Assembly: GCA_035279705.1 (NCBI GenBank)
Contig: DATEHG010000095.1
Span: 1-63,080, forward strand
From: Gemmatimonadales bacterium
GTDB lineage: Bacteria; Gemmatimonadota; Gemmatimonadetes; Gemmatimonadales; GWC2-71-9
Length of the DNA stretch: 63,080 bases
Reading direction: 5' to 3'
Shown here piece after piece: positions 16,134-26,224 of this stretch (position 1 is the stretch's first letter; every line of letters starts with the position of its first letter). Below the pieces are notes generated by a model. The model worked only from the letters and a program-made list of their open reading frames with translations, was not told the origin of the DNA and did no database searches. The translations under genes were made by a program, and so were the position numbers.

Positions 16134-17741
16134 TCAGGCGGGGCGGTGTGCCTCCCACCAGCGGCGCGCGTCGGCGGGAGTCCAGGGCGCATGCGGTACG
16201 GTCGCGAGGGCCTCGGCCAGGGCCGCCGCGGATGGCGGCCGGTCGGCGGGCCGTTTGGCGAGACAACTCAGGATGATGCGGTCCAGTTCCGGCGGCACCG
16301 GCATCTCGGACAAGGTCGAGGGGGCGGCCGGCTCGTCCCGCATGTGCCGGGCGACCATTTCAACCGCGCCGTCGGCCTCGAAGACCAGGCGGCCCGTCAG
16401 CAGGAAGAATCCCACGCAGCCGAGCGAGTACAGGTCGGACCGGCCGTCGACCGGTTCAAGCCGCGCCGCTTCCGGCGCCAGGTAGGCGGGAGTTCCGGCG
16501 ACCGAGCCGACCGCGGTGGCCAGTGTCTGCTCCCTGGCCCGCTGGTCGATCATCTTCACCAGGCCGAAATCGAGGACCTTGGCCCAATCCCAGGCGTTCG
16601 CCAGCCGGCCGAGGTGGATGTTGGCCGGCTTGATGTCGCGGTGAACCAGCCCCGCCCCGTGCGCCTCCTCCAGGGACTCACAGACCTGGCGCAGGATGCT
16701 GATGACGCGATTGGCGGGCAGCGGGCCCTTCCGGCGCACCAGCGTCTCGAGATCCATCCCTTCCAGCAGCTCCATCACGAAGTAGAGCGTGTGATCCTCG
16801 GCGACGCCGAAATCGTACAGCTCCACCGTGTGCGGCGAGCGGAGACTGGCCGCCGCGGTCGCCTCGCGGTGAAAACGGCGCACCGCCATCTGGGCGCCCT
16901 CGCCGCCCGGCTCTCCCAGCATCTCGGGACGGATCAGCTTGATGGCGGAAGGACGGGCCAGCATCCGGTGGGTGGCCTTGTACACCTCGCCCATCCCCCC
17001 CCTGCCCAGCAGCTCACCGAGGTGATAGCTCCCCACCTCCCGCGCCGCCTGCACCTGCTTGCCCAGCCCATAGATCATCCGCGCCGCGAACCAGGCAAAG
17101 CCCGCCGAGGCCAGTGGGCCGAAGGTCTGCTCGAACCAGGTCCCCCAGTCGGGCACATGGATCAGCCCGCGGGACTGCAGCAGGTACAGTGAGAGTGGCG
17201 CGGTGAGCGCCGAAGCCACCGCCGCCGCCAGCATCCGCCTGGGCGGCCCCGGCACCATGAGCGGAAAGACGATGACCACTGCCGGCACCCAGGTGAGGTT
17301 GGGCAGCACTCCCTTCGCCGCATAGTAGGACCAGTAGGTGACGATCGAAATCAGGAAACAGATCTCGACTTCAAAAAGCAGGGCAAAGGTATGCAGCACG
17401 CCGGCGCTGATCTTCGTGCTGCGCGAAGCCAGCCAGAGCACGCCGGCGCCCAGCACCGCCACGGCGTTCACCCACTGGAAGTCCCCGGTGCGCACCAGGT
17501 CCACCGGCATCCTGCCGCCGGTCCGGGCCATGATCGCGCCCAGGACCAGGTAGATGACGATGTCGAACCCGAACGCGAGGGCAAACAGCGCCGTCATCAT
17601 CCGGACTCGGCCGCGGACCTGGCCCAGCAGTTCGGGAGGGAGTGTTCCCGAAAATCCTTCCGGACGCGCCTGGACTACCCGCGTCCTGGCGGGGGTGGGG
17701 AGGACAATCGTGGATGAAGTCGTGGGATCAACGGCCGCCAT
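16134..17741 (-). CDS. Membrane Ser/Thr kinase with N-terminal multi-TM domain (paralogue 3)
   Basis: LGRGGMGEVY, SAIK, HRDIKPAN, DFG and GTPAYLAPE motifs. Confidence 0.92.
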   Translation of the reverse strand: MAAVDPTTSSTIVLPTPARTRVVQARPEGFSGTLPPELLGQVRGRVRMMTALFALAFGFDIVIYLVLGAIMARTGGRMPVDLVRTGDFQWVNAVAVLGAGVLWLASRSTKISAGVLHTFALLFEVEICFLISIVTYWSYYAAKGVLPNLTWVPAVVIVFPLMVPGPPRRMLAAAVASALTAPLSLYLLQSRGLIHVPDWGTWFEQTFGPLASAGFAWFAARMIYGLGKQVQAAREVGSYHLGELLGRGGMGEVYKATHRMLARPSAIKLIRPEMLGEPGGEGAQMAVRRFHREATAAASLRSPHTVELYDFGVAEDHTLYFVMELLEGMDLETLVRRKGPLPANRVISILRQVCESLEEAHGAGLVHRDIKPANIHLGRLANAWDWAKVLDFGLVKMIDQRAREQTLATAVGSVAGTPAYLAPEAARLEPVDGRSDLYSLGCVGFFLLTGRLVFEADGAVEMVARHMRDEPAAPSTLSEMPVPPELDRIILSCLAKRPADRPPSAAALAEALATVPHAPWTPADARRWWEAHRPA

Positions 17742-17793
17742 GCTGGAAGCTGGCGTTCACCGGGGCGCTGTCAACCGCCCCGGGGCGGCGGTC

Positions 17794-19719
17794 TCAATGG
17801 AGAATAGTGGGCTGAACGGCGGCGCCTGGCTTGGCAGCCACGGCGCGGACCATGAGGGTGTCCTTCACCTTGCGGTCCTTGAGCGAGGCGGTGAGCAGCT
17901 GCGGGGCGACCCGCCCGCTCAGCGTCCAGCTCGTGACCGCGATGCCGCGGGCATCGGTCGTCACCTTGATCGGGGCGACCCGGCCGTCCTGGGTCGAGAA
18001 CAGCACTTCCTGCCCCTTGAGCGGATTGCCGAACGGATCGAACACGGTGACCCTGACTGGACGAGGCAGGACCTTTCCGGCCGCCGAGGTGGGGCCAGCC
18101 GCCCCGAATTCGACTTTGGAGGCGTGCGCGGCGAGCGCCGTGGCCTCGATGGTCAGCGGGGTGGCAAGGCCCTCGACCCGCGCCACCAGCTTCTGCGCTC
18201 CCGCGGCCCGGCCGAGGGTCCACGGGATCCGGACGGTGCCGGAGGAATCCGTGACGACCGAGCTGTCGGGAACCGTGCCGGCCTCGGGGTGAAGCAGTAT
18301 CCTCGCGAGTGGCACACGATTGCCGCTGCGGTCGTTCACCCGGAGTGTCACGGCCTGGGCCAGGGCGGTGTGCACCGTCCCCTTCTGCCCCGCGCCTGCG
18401 ACGATCGCGGCCGCCGCCGGCCGGCCGGCCGTGGCGGTGCTCTTGATTGCGAAGGCCGGCAGACGGCGAGGATTGCCGACCTGGACCCGGCTCCGCTGCA
18501 GCCCCGCCTTCGGACCGAGAACCCAGATTGCGCGGGCCTCCCCCGCCGAATCGGTCCGCGAGGCCAGTCCGCTGATCTTGCCGCCATCGAGCGCGGTCCA
18601 TGCCACCGGCAAATCGGCGAGCGCGGTGCCCATCGAGTCGGTCACCCGGACCACGACCGGCTGCGGCAGGGAATCGCCTACGACGGCGGCGCCCGGCTCG
18701 GCCCCAAGCACGATCCTCGTGTTTGCGGGCAGGGGATCCGCCTCCGCCACGAGCGAGAGCGAAGTATCGAGACCGGGAACGGAGACACTGAGCCGTTGCC
18801 GCCCCGGCACGGTCCCCAGGCTCCACTCGGCGTGGGCGCGGCCCTGGGCATCGGTGAGCCCGGTCTGGGCCGTCGTCGTCCCCGAGCCGGCCTCGGTCGC
18901 AAAGCGCACCGGCACGCCCTCCATCGCCCGCCGGCCGCGCGACAGCACCTGGATGACGACCGGCTGCGCCAGCCCGGCGCCGGCATCGCCCCGCTGGTGG
19001 TCGCCGGCGACGATGGCGGCGGAACCGGGCATGGGAGTGACCTCGAACTCGATGCGCGCCGAGGCGCCCTCAACCTTTGCTTCGAGCATCGTGCGGCCGG
19101 GCACCAGTGCCTTGACCACGCCATTGCTGTCGACCCGGGCGATGGTGCTGTCGCTCACCTGCCAGGCGGCCGAACTCCGCGCCAGCCGGTGCCCCCGCGC
19201 GTCCATCGCCTTGATGGTGGCGCTGCGGGATTCGCCCTCCGGAATCCGGAAGCTGCTGTCGAAGACCACCTCGATGGTCGCAACCCGCGGCCGCACGGCG
19301 ATGTGCGATCGCGCGATCCGTCCCCCCGCCGCCACCACGATGCTGACGCTGCCCTCGCCATTGGCGACCACCGTCCCCGCCTGGTCGACGGACGCGATCG
19401 ACGGGTCATCGCTGCTCCAGGCGGCGGACGTACCCGGGATCAGCGCGCCATGCGCGTCCTTGAGCGCCGCGGTGAGCTGGATGGTATCGCCAAGTGCACC
19501 CGCCGTGTCCGTCTCCGGCCACACGCCGAGCCAGACGGCCGCCGGTGCGGCCTGGGCGACGACGGCGGCGGGCGGCTCCTCGATCCAGCCGTGTGACCGG
19601 GCAAAGGAGAACACCGAGACCGCCGCCGCTCCCGCGGAAAGCGCCGCGGCCACGACCTTGACCGCCACCGCGGTGCCGCGAGTGAGCGGATGCTGAGTCA
19701 GGTATTTGCGTATTCCCAT
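17794..19719 (-). CDS. Membrane-anchored bacterial Ig-like (Big_1/Big_2-type) repeat protein
   Basis: N-terminal hydrophobic anchor. Two WS/QxSDxxIAxVDxxG.V repeats and four W.L(G/S)...Q repeats. ATG at 19719 lies 4 bp after the upstream stop. Confidence 0.8.
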   Translation of the reverse strand: MGIRKYLTQHPLTRGTAVAVKVVAAALSAGAAAVSVFSFARSHGWIEEPPAAVVAQAAPAAVWLGVWPETDTAGALGDTIQLTAALKDAHGALIPGTSAAWSSDDPSIASVDQAGTVVANGEGSVSIVVAAGGRIARSHIAVRPRVATIEVVFDSSFRIPEGESRSATIKAMDARGHRLARSSAAWQVSDSTIARVDSNGVVKALVPGRTMLEAKVEGASARIEFEVTPMPGSAAIVAGDHQRGDAGAGLAQPVVIQVLSRGRRAMEGVPVRFATEAGSGTTTAQTGLTDAQGRAHAEWSLGTVPGRQRLSVSVPGLDTSLSLVAEADPLPANTRIVLGAEPGAAVVGDSLPQPVVVRVTDSMGTALADLPVAWTALDGGKISGLASRTDSAGEARAIWVLGPKAGLQRSRVQVGNPRRLPAFAIKSTATAGRPAAAAIVAGAGQKGTVHTALAQAVTLRVNDRSGNRVPLARILLHPEAGTVPDSSVVTDSSGTVRIPWTLGRAAGAQKLVARVEGLATPLTIEATALAAHASKVEFGAAGPTSAAGKVLPRPVRVTVFDPFGNPLKGQEVLFSTQDGRVAPIKVTTDARGIAVTSWTLSGRVAPQLLTASLKDRKVKDTLMVRAVAAKPGAAVQPTILH

Positions 19720-19723
19720 GACG

Positions 19724-21628
19724 TTACTTCCGGCCACGGACCACCGCCGGGACGCTGGCCGGGCCGCGCGAGAGTTCGACGGTCACCCCGCCGCTTGCGG
19801 CGATGGTGGCGCTGCCGCCGCGGGCGAAAGCGACGATTGCGCCGCTCGATTCATCGCGCACCACCGCCATCGGGTAGGCGGGATCCCAGCGCAGACTTAC
19901 GTGGCCGGCGCCCGCGGGCTCCACGTCCACCTGGGGAGACGCCGCCGCCGTCGCGGCGCGGCGTACCGACTGGTGGCTGATGCTGCTCAGGCGGATGGTG
20001 GCGAGGCCCGCCGCGCGCGCCTCACTCATCGGGATCACGAAGGCGAAGTGCCGCGCAGGCAGTCCCGGATGGTCGGCCACGAGATCGCCCGCGAAGCTCA
20101 GGTCGAAACTGGTCGACCCATCCGCGGCCGTTCCCGTCAGATGGTACGGACCCGTCGCGGACGGCAGCCGGGCCGGCGCGTTCACCCGGAAGGCGGGCTC
20201 GAGCACGATCGAGTCACCCACGATCCGGCCCCACACCAGGAGACCAGGCGCGGCCGCCACCTGGATCGCCGCACCGCCAGTCAGGAAATTGAAAACCCCC
20301 AGGTAGGTGTAGTCGCTGATCCAGTTGGGAGAGCAGTAGCTCATGAGATCGGTGAAGGCCAGTGGTGCCTTGAGCGCATTGGTGCCCTGGTCGTAGCCCC
20401 ACGCACCGATCACCGCGCCGGGATACGGGTAGCCCGCGTCGGGACTGCCGGGGTTGCCGCACGGCGCGTGCTGCCGCCCGAAGTTGTGCCCCACTTCGTG
20501 CGCTGCCACGCCGTCGACATTTCCCTTGTCCCAGCCGATAGCGGCCGGGAGCCCCACGTAGCCCAGCCCCGCGATGCCGCTGTTGTAGCTGGGATGGACG
20601 ACGCCGTAGTAGTACCGGTCGCCGCCCTCGGAAGCGCGGAGGGCGTTGAGTTCGCTCAGGATCTGGATCCAGGCGCCGTTGCTGTCCCCGCTCACGAGTG
20701 CGGGGGCGCTGGTGGTATACGCCGCCCGCACATCGACGGTCAGCGTGGAGAGCGGGAAGATGCGCTTGATCAGATCGGTGTAGCTGCTCTGATTGGCCGT
20801 GTTGACGTTGCCCAGCGAGCCGTTCACCTGCTGCCGGACCGGCACCAGGCGCAGCCTGACGGGCGGCACCGTCAGCACGGTCGGCGTGAAGCGCCCGGAG
20901 CCGGTGGGGAACCGGTTGTCCGATTCACTCGCCTCCGAATACTGGTCGTCGGGATCGACCATCGCATCGAACGAGAGTCCCGCCGTCATGCGGTTGGCGG
21001 GAATGGTGAAATTCCAGGTGGCGGAGAGGGAGGCCGTGTCGTTGACCTGCGGCACGGGCACCGGGCCCGTTGCCGTCAGGCTGTCAACCAGCGTGCCGCT
21101 TTGGAAGAGGTGAACCCGCACCTTGAGGGGAGCGCTGGAGGACTGGTTGGCCAGCACGAACACCCGCAGCAGGGCGGCGCGCCCCGCCACCATCGGAATC
21201 GAGTTGGTGGCAGTCTGGCTGCTCTGGAAGAGCTGGATCCCGTCGATGCGGAAGTTGATCGAGGGAAGAGCGTTCCCCGTGTAGGTGACCAGCACGGTGT
21301 CCGACTCGCTGCCAGTCAGCGTCACCGTGCCCGGCGCGGCCGAGGCGGTGTAATCCTGCCCGCCCGTGACGACGTGCAGCCCGCTCACCGTGTAGGTGCC
21401 GGCGGCCAGGCCGCTCAGGGTACCCGCGGCCGAGAGGTGGCGGACTTCGACGCCGGGGCCGGCAACCAGGAGGCGCGGAACCGCCCCACCCGGCAGTCCG
21501 GTCACCTGCAGGACCAGCTTGGCGCTCCCGCTGGGCCCCTGCGTTTCGCCCCCGCCGCAGGCCGCGAGGATCGCTGCAATACCCAGCGTGAGCCAGCCCC
21601 CCGCCCTGCGCTGCACCGAGTGCCTCAT
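19724..21628 (-). CDS. Lipoprotein zinc metalloprotease, metzincin of peptidase M66-like type
   Basis: Lipobox LAAC, HEVGHNFGRQH (HExxHxxGxxH) and Met-turn DLMSYC. Start set at the ATG giving MRHSVQRRAGG. Confidence 0.8.
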   Translation of the reverse strand: MRHSVQRRAGGWLTLGIAAILAACGGGETQGPSGSAKLVLQVTGLPGGAVPRLLVAGPGVEVRHLSAAGTLSGLAAGTYTVSGLHVVTGGQDYTASAAPGTVTLTGSESDTVLVTYTGNALPSINFRIDGIQLFQSSQTATNSIPMVAGRAALLRVFVLANQSSSAPLKVRVHLFQSGTLVDSLTATGPVPVPQVNDTASLSATWNFTIPANRMTAGLSFDAMVDPDDQYSEASESDNRFPTGSGRFTPTVLTVPPVRLRLVPVRQQVNGSLGNVNTANQSSYTDLIKRIFPLSTLTVDVRAAYTTSAPALVSGDSNGAWIQILSELNALRASEGGDRYYYGVVHPSYNSGIAGLGYVGLPAAIGWDKGNVDGVAAHEVGHNFGRQHAPCGNPGSPDAGYPYPGAVIGAWGYDQGTNALKAPLAFTDLMSYCSPNWISDYTYLGVFNFLTGGAAIQVAAAPGLLVWGRIVGDSIVLEPAFRVNAPARLPSATGPYHLTGTAADGSTSFDLSFAGDLVADHPGLPARHFAFVIPMSEARAAGLATIRLSSISHQSVRRAATAAASPQVDVEPAGAGHVSLRWDPAYPMAVVRDESSGAIVAFARGGSATIAASGGVTVELSRGPASVPAVVRGRK

Positions 21629-21863
21629 CTCAACTCCAGTCAACGAATTACCACGCCAGGCCCGGCCCCGGAAATGAGAGCCCCCGGGGTGCAATGCAGG
21701 AGCGCGGCCACGAAGCCTGGTGGCGTGGGATAAATCGGGCACCTCGGCAACTCTTCGGCAGAGGGGCATGATTCCAATGTCGGCGGGGACCCCCGGTGCT
21801 TCAAGCCGCGAGGAATCGAACAGTGCAGGAATTTGACAGCGGAAAATGAACGGCTGGAATGGG

Positions 21864-23111
21864 CTAGGCGGAGGGACGGACGAGCTGCTCCCCGGTGTTG
21901 CCGGATTCGGGGCCGATTACCCGGTTTCGGCCCAGATCCTTGGCGTGATAGAGCCGGGCATCCGCCCGGTCGAGCAGATCCTCGACCTCGGTCCCGTCGG
22001 GCTCCCCGTAGCTCGCGATGCCCACGCTGATCGTCATCCCGGGGGCATCCGGCCGGCCCGGAATCATCAGCGGAATTTCGGCGATGGCCTGGCGGATCAG
22101 GTTCATCCGGTTCACGGCACCGGCGGCATCGAGATAGGGAAAGACCACCAGGAATTCCTCGCCGCCGTAGCGGACCAGGATGTCCCGATCCCGCACCATG
22201 CGCCGGAGGGTGGTGGCCACGGCCCGGAGGGCGATGTCCCCCGCGGCGTGACCCATGGTGTCGTTGAACCGCTTGAAATGATCGATATCGAGCATCGCGA
22301 TCGACAGGGAATGCCCGAACCGGCGCGCGCGGGCCAATTCGATCGTGACCCGCTCGTCGAAGTAGCCGCGATTGGGGAGCCCGGTGAGCCGGTCGCTGCG
22401 GGAAAGGAGCCGCAGGTACTGCGAGCGCAGCACCAGGCTGGCGCTGATGCCGGACGCCGCCAGGAGCATGATGACGCGGGCGGCCTGGTCCTGCCACTCG
22501 AAGGTGCCGTAGACGAAGGGGCTGAACGTGGTGTCGTTGAGGTCCCAACGGCTCACGGCCGCCAGCACGATGGCCCCGTACTGGCTGGCCGCGACCAGTC
22601 CGGTCACCACGCAGATCCTGGGATCCGACCGGAGACTCGTCGCGGCGATGACCAGGAAATACGCGTCGAAGATGACCCGGTTGTTGACCGCGGCGTGCGG
22701 CTCGCCCAGGAAGAGCCAGACCGCCAGCCCGGCGCTCACCACGCTGGCATCGAGGCCGCTGGTGGCAAAGCCCAGCCAGGGGCGGTAGAAGCCGCGGGTG
22801 ACGAGCACGAACAGCCCCAGCGAGACGGTGACCAGCGCGAGCACGACCGCGAGCCCCAGCCACGCCTCGGTCCGCTGGCCGCCGAAGAGGCGGAGGATCG
22901 GAATCAGGAGGAGGCTGTTGGCGAACCAGAGGCGGATGCGCGCCACCCGCAGCTCGCCGGCGGCACCGGCGTCCACCTGCAGCGGATCGGGCGCGCGGAA
23001 GAGGCTTTCCCAGATGGCGGAGGCGCCGGCGGCGGGATCGACGACGGCATTGAAGGCGCGGGACTGGCGGCGCTGCGGCTGGAGCTGGAGGCGCGAGGAG
23101 TCCCGGCTCAC
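21864..23111 (-). CDS. Membrane-bound diguanylate cyclase (GGDEF domain)
   Basis: DRLTGLPNR, DIDHFKRFND, RxxD I-site (RDRD) and RYGGEEF. About 5-6 N-terminal TM helices. GTG start at 23111, 1 bp after the ETF-QO stop. Confidence 0.9.
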   Translation of the reverse strand: MSRDSSRLQLQPQRRQSRAFNAVVDPAAGASAIWESLFRAPDPLQVDAGAAGELRVARIRLWFANSLLLIPILRLFGGQRTEAWLGLAVVLALVTVSLGLFVLVTRGFYRPWLGFATSGLDASVVSAGLAVWLFLGEPHAAVNNRVIFDAYFLVIAATSLRSDPRICVVTGLVAASQYGAIVLAAVSRWDLNDTTFSPFVYGTFEWQDQAARVIMLLAASGISASLVLRSQYLRLLSRSDRLTGLPNRGYFDERVTIELARARRFGHSLSIAMLDIDHFKRFNDTMGHAAGDIALRAVATTLRRMVRDRDILVRYGGEEFLVVFPYLDAAGAVNRMNLIRQAIAEIPLMIPGRPDAPGMTISVGIASYGEPDGTEVEDLLDRADARLYHAKDLGRNRVIGPESGNTGEQLVRPSA

Positions 23112-23112
23112 G

Positions 23113-24717
23113 TCACATCGACCGGTACTTGGGGCCGCTGCCGCCTTCGCGCGGAGTCCAGCGCGGCCCGAGTACGTCGGTCGCCTTGCAGTCGACACAA
23201 TTCGGCGCGTTGACGCGCAGCTCGTCCCCCACCCGCTCGTACACCCCGGCCGGACAGAGATGGCTGTAGAACTCCGCCACCTCCGCACTCACGTCCTGGC
23301 CCACGATCAGGTGGGACGGAATCGTATCCCGGGTGGCGTTCCCCGACTTGAAGACCGCATCCACCTTGCTCACGGTGAGCTTCCCGTCGGGCAACAGGGG
23401 TGCCGCCGGCCCGGGCGACTTGGGCACCTCGGCATCGGCCAGCATCTCGATCCGGCCACCGGGAAACCGGCCGCCGGTGATCGTCATGAGTCCCGCCTTG
23501 ATGGCCCCCGGCACGAACCCATCCTTGAAGGCCAGCCGCATGTTCCGGGTCCGGCGCAGGTCCTCGATGACGTAGCTCGCCTCGAGCATCCGGTCATACT
23601 CGGCGAGCGCGGCGGTGGAGGTGTCGTTCCGCTTCAGCGCGTTGAATGCGGCACGGGCGGCATAGATCCCGGACTGCATCGCGTAATGGATGCCCTTGAG
23701 CGAGGGAACGTCCACGAACCCGGCCGTATCTCCCACCAGCATCAGCCCGTCGCTGACTCGCCGCTCGGGGAGGGCGTAGTAGCCGCCTTCGGGAATGGTC
23801 TTGGCGCCCCACTCTAGCAGCTCTCCCCCTTCGAGCACCGGTCGGACCAGCGGATGCAGCTTGAACTGCTGCAGCATCTGGTGGACATCGAGGGCCGCGT
23901 CATGGTAGTCGAGCCCCACCACGAGCCCGATCGCCACCATGTCCTTGCCGAGTGGATAGAAGAAGCTGCCGCCGAAGGCATCGAGCGGCAGCGGCCAGCC
24001 CAGCGTGTGGATGACCCGGTCGAGCGGCTGCCCGACCCGCCAGACCTCCTTGACCCCCAGCGCGAACAGCTGCGGATTCGGCGCGCCCACCTGCTGCCAC
24101 TGCCGCCAGGCCTGCCCCAGCGTTCCCCGGGTTCCCTCCGACAGCACCGTGATCCGCGCGGTGATATCGGTAGGCTCCATGAATCCGGAGCCAGGCTGGC
24201 CATTGCGGTCGAGCCCCTGGGCCGTGGTCCGCACTCCGCGCACCGCCTGCCCGTCGACGAGCAGCGCCTCCGCCGGAAACCCCGGGAAGATGTTGACGCC
24301 CAATGACTCAGCCTGCTCACCGAGCCAGCGCACGATCTCGCAGAGGGAGGCGGTATAGTACCCGCTGTTGTGCATGGTGGGGGGCGTCGGCAGCCGGATG
24401 GAGCCGCCGGAGGTCATGAAATAAACCGCTTCCGCCGGCACGGGCTGACGGAAGGGAAAATCGGCGTCCTTGAGGTCGGGGAACAGTTCGCGGAAGGCAC
24501 GGGGATTGACCACCGCGCCCGAGAGATTGTGCTCGCCCAGGCTGCCGGCCTTTTCGAGCACGCCGATGTTGAGGTCGGGAACGCTCTCGCCCGCGGCTTG
24601 CGCCTTTTTGACCAGGCGGGCCAGCTCGATGGCGCCCGCCAGCCCGGCCGGACCCGCTCCCACGAACAGCACGTCCATCTCAATGGCTTCGGGGTTCGGC
24701 GCCTCGGACAGAATCAA
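23113..24717 (-). CDS. Electron transfer flavoprotein:quinone oxidoreductase (ETF-QO/FixCX-type)
   Basis: VGAGPAGLA FAD motif, GEHNLSGAV, PEGGY and C-terminal CPAGVYE...NCVDCK. The start may lie further upstream (CTG at 24768). Confidence 0.9.
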   Translation of the reverse strand: MILSEAPNPEAIEMDVLFVGAGPAGLAGAIELARLVKKAQAAGESVPDLNIGVLEKAGSLGEHNLSGAVVNPRAFRELFPDLKDADFPFRQPVPAEAVYFMTSGGSIRLPTPPTMHNSGYYTASLCEIVRWLGEQAESLGVNIFPGFPAEALLVDGQAVRGVRTTAQGLDRNGQPGSGFMEPTDITARITVLSEGTRGTLGQAWRQWQQVGAPNPQLFALGVKEVWRVGQPLDRVIHTLGWPLPLDAFGGSFFYPLGKDMVAIGLVVGLDYHDAALDVHQMLQQFKLHPLVRPVLEGGELLEWGAKTIPEGGYYALPERRVSDGLMLVGDTAGFVDVPSLKGIHYAMQSGIYAARAAFNALKRNDTSTAALAEYDRMLEASYVIEDLRRTRNMRLAFKDGFVPGAIKAGLMTITGGRFPGGRIEMLADAEVPKSPGPAAPLLPDGKLTVSKVDAVFKSGNATRDTIPSHLIVGQDVSAEVAEFYSHLCPAGVYERVGDELRVNAPNCVDCKATDVLGPRWTPREGGSGPKYRSM

Positions 24718-24828
24718 GCGTTCGAGAGGCAGCGCGCGCTGGTGCCGCGAAGGCAGGATCGGAGACAGGGCGACACTCCAGGTTCGATTTGGGGCCTGGG
24801 AACCGGTGGGAATATAAGCGGAGAAAGT

Positions 24829-24908
24829 AGATAGGAGATAGCAGATAGGACCAGCAACACCTCTCTGAAGCGGCTTTTCCCATCTCCTATCTCCTCTCTT
24901 CCATCTCC
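24829..24908. repeat. Inverted pair of 7-bp-period arrays (AGATAGG)n ... (CCTATCT)n
   Basis: AGATAGG AGATAGC AGATAGG, a spacer, then CCCATCT CCTATCT CCTCTCT TCCATCT, between divergent genes. Confidence 0.75.
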
Positions 24909-24932
24909 GTGATTCAGCCTAGATTTCAAGAC

Positions 24933-26167
<1,235 letters not shown>

Positions 26168-26186
<19 letters not shown>

Positions 26187-26224
26187 GAGGGAACAGCTTG
26201 TCCCTCTCACTTCTCACGTCTCAC
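26168..26224. repeat. Inverted pair of 7-bp-period arrays (GGTGAGA)n ... (TCTCACC-like)n at a convergent junction
   Basis: GGTGGGA GGTGAGA GGTAGGA ... CCTCTCAC TTCTCAC GTCTCAC. Overlaps both stop codons and could act as a bidirectional terminator. Confidence 0.65.

Noticed and set aside
13860-17192. 1110-aa plus-strand ORF and other long antisense ORFs (e.g. 5062-7410, 19706-21733, 30112-32265, 42751-45090, 46635-48242, 59298-60965)
   Set aside because: They mirror well-supported genes on the opposite strand, are Arg/Gly/Pro/Ala-rich with no motifs, and are expected shadows in high-GC DNA.
21629-21863. Spacer upstream of the M66 protease with CCGGGGGTCCC and GGAATC, loosely recalling a c-di-AMP (ydaO) riboswitch
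   Set aside because: The 3' conserved elements and pairing pattern are missing; only short GC-rich hairpins are present. An Rfam search would settle it.
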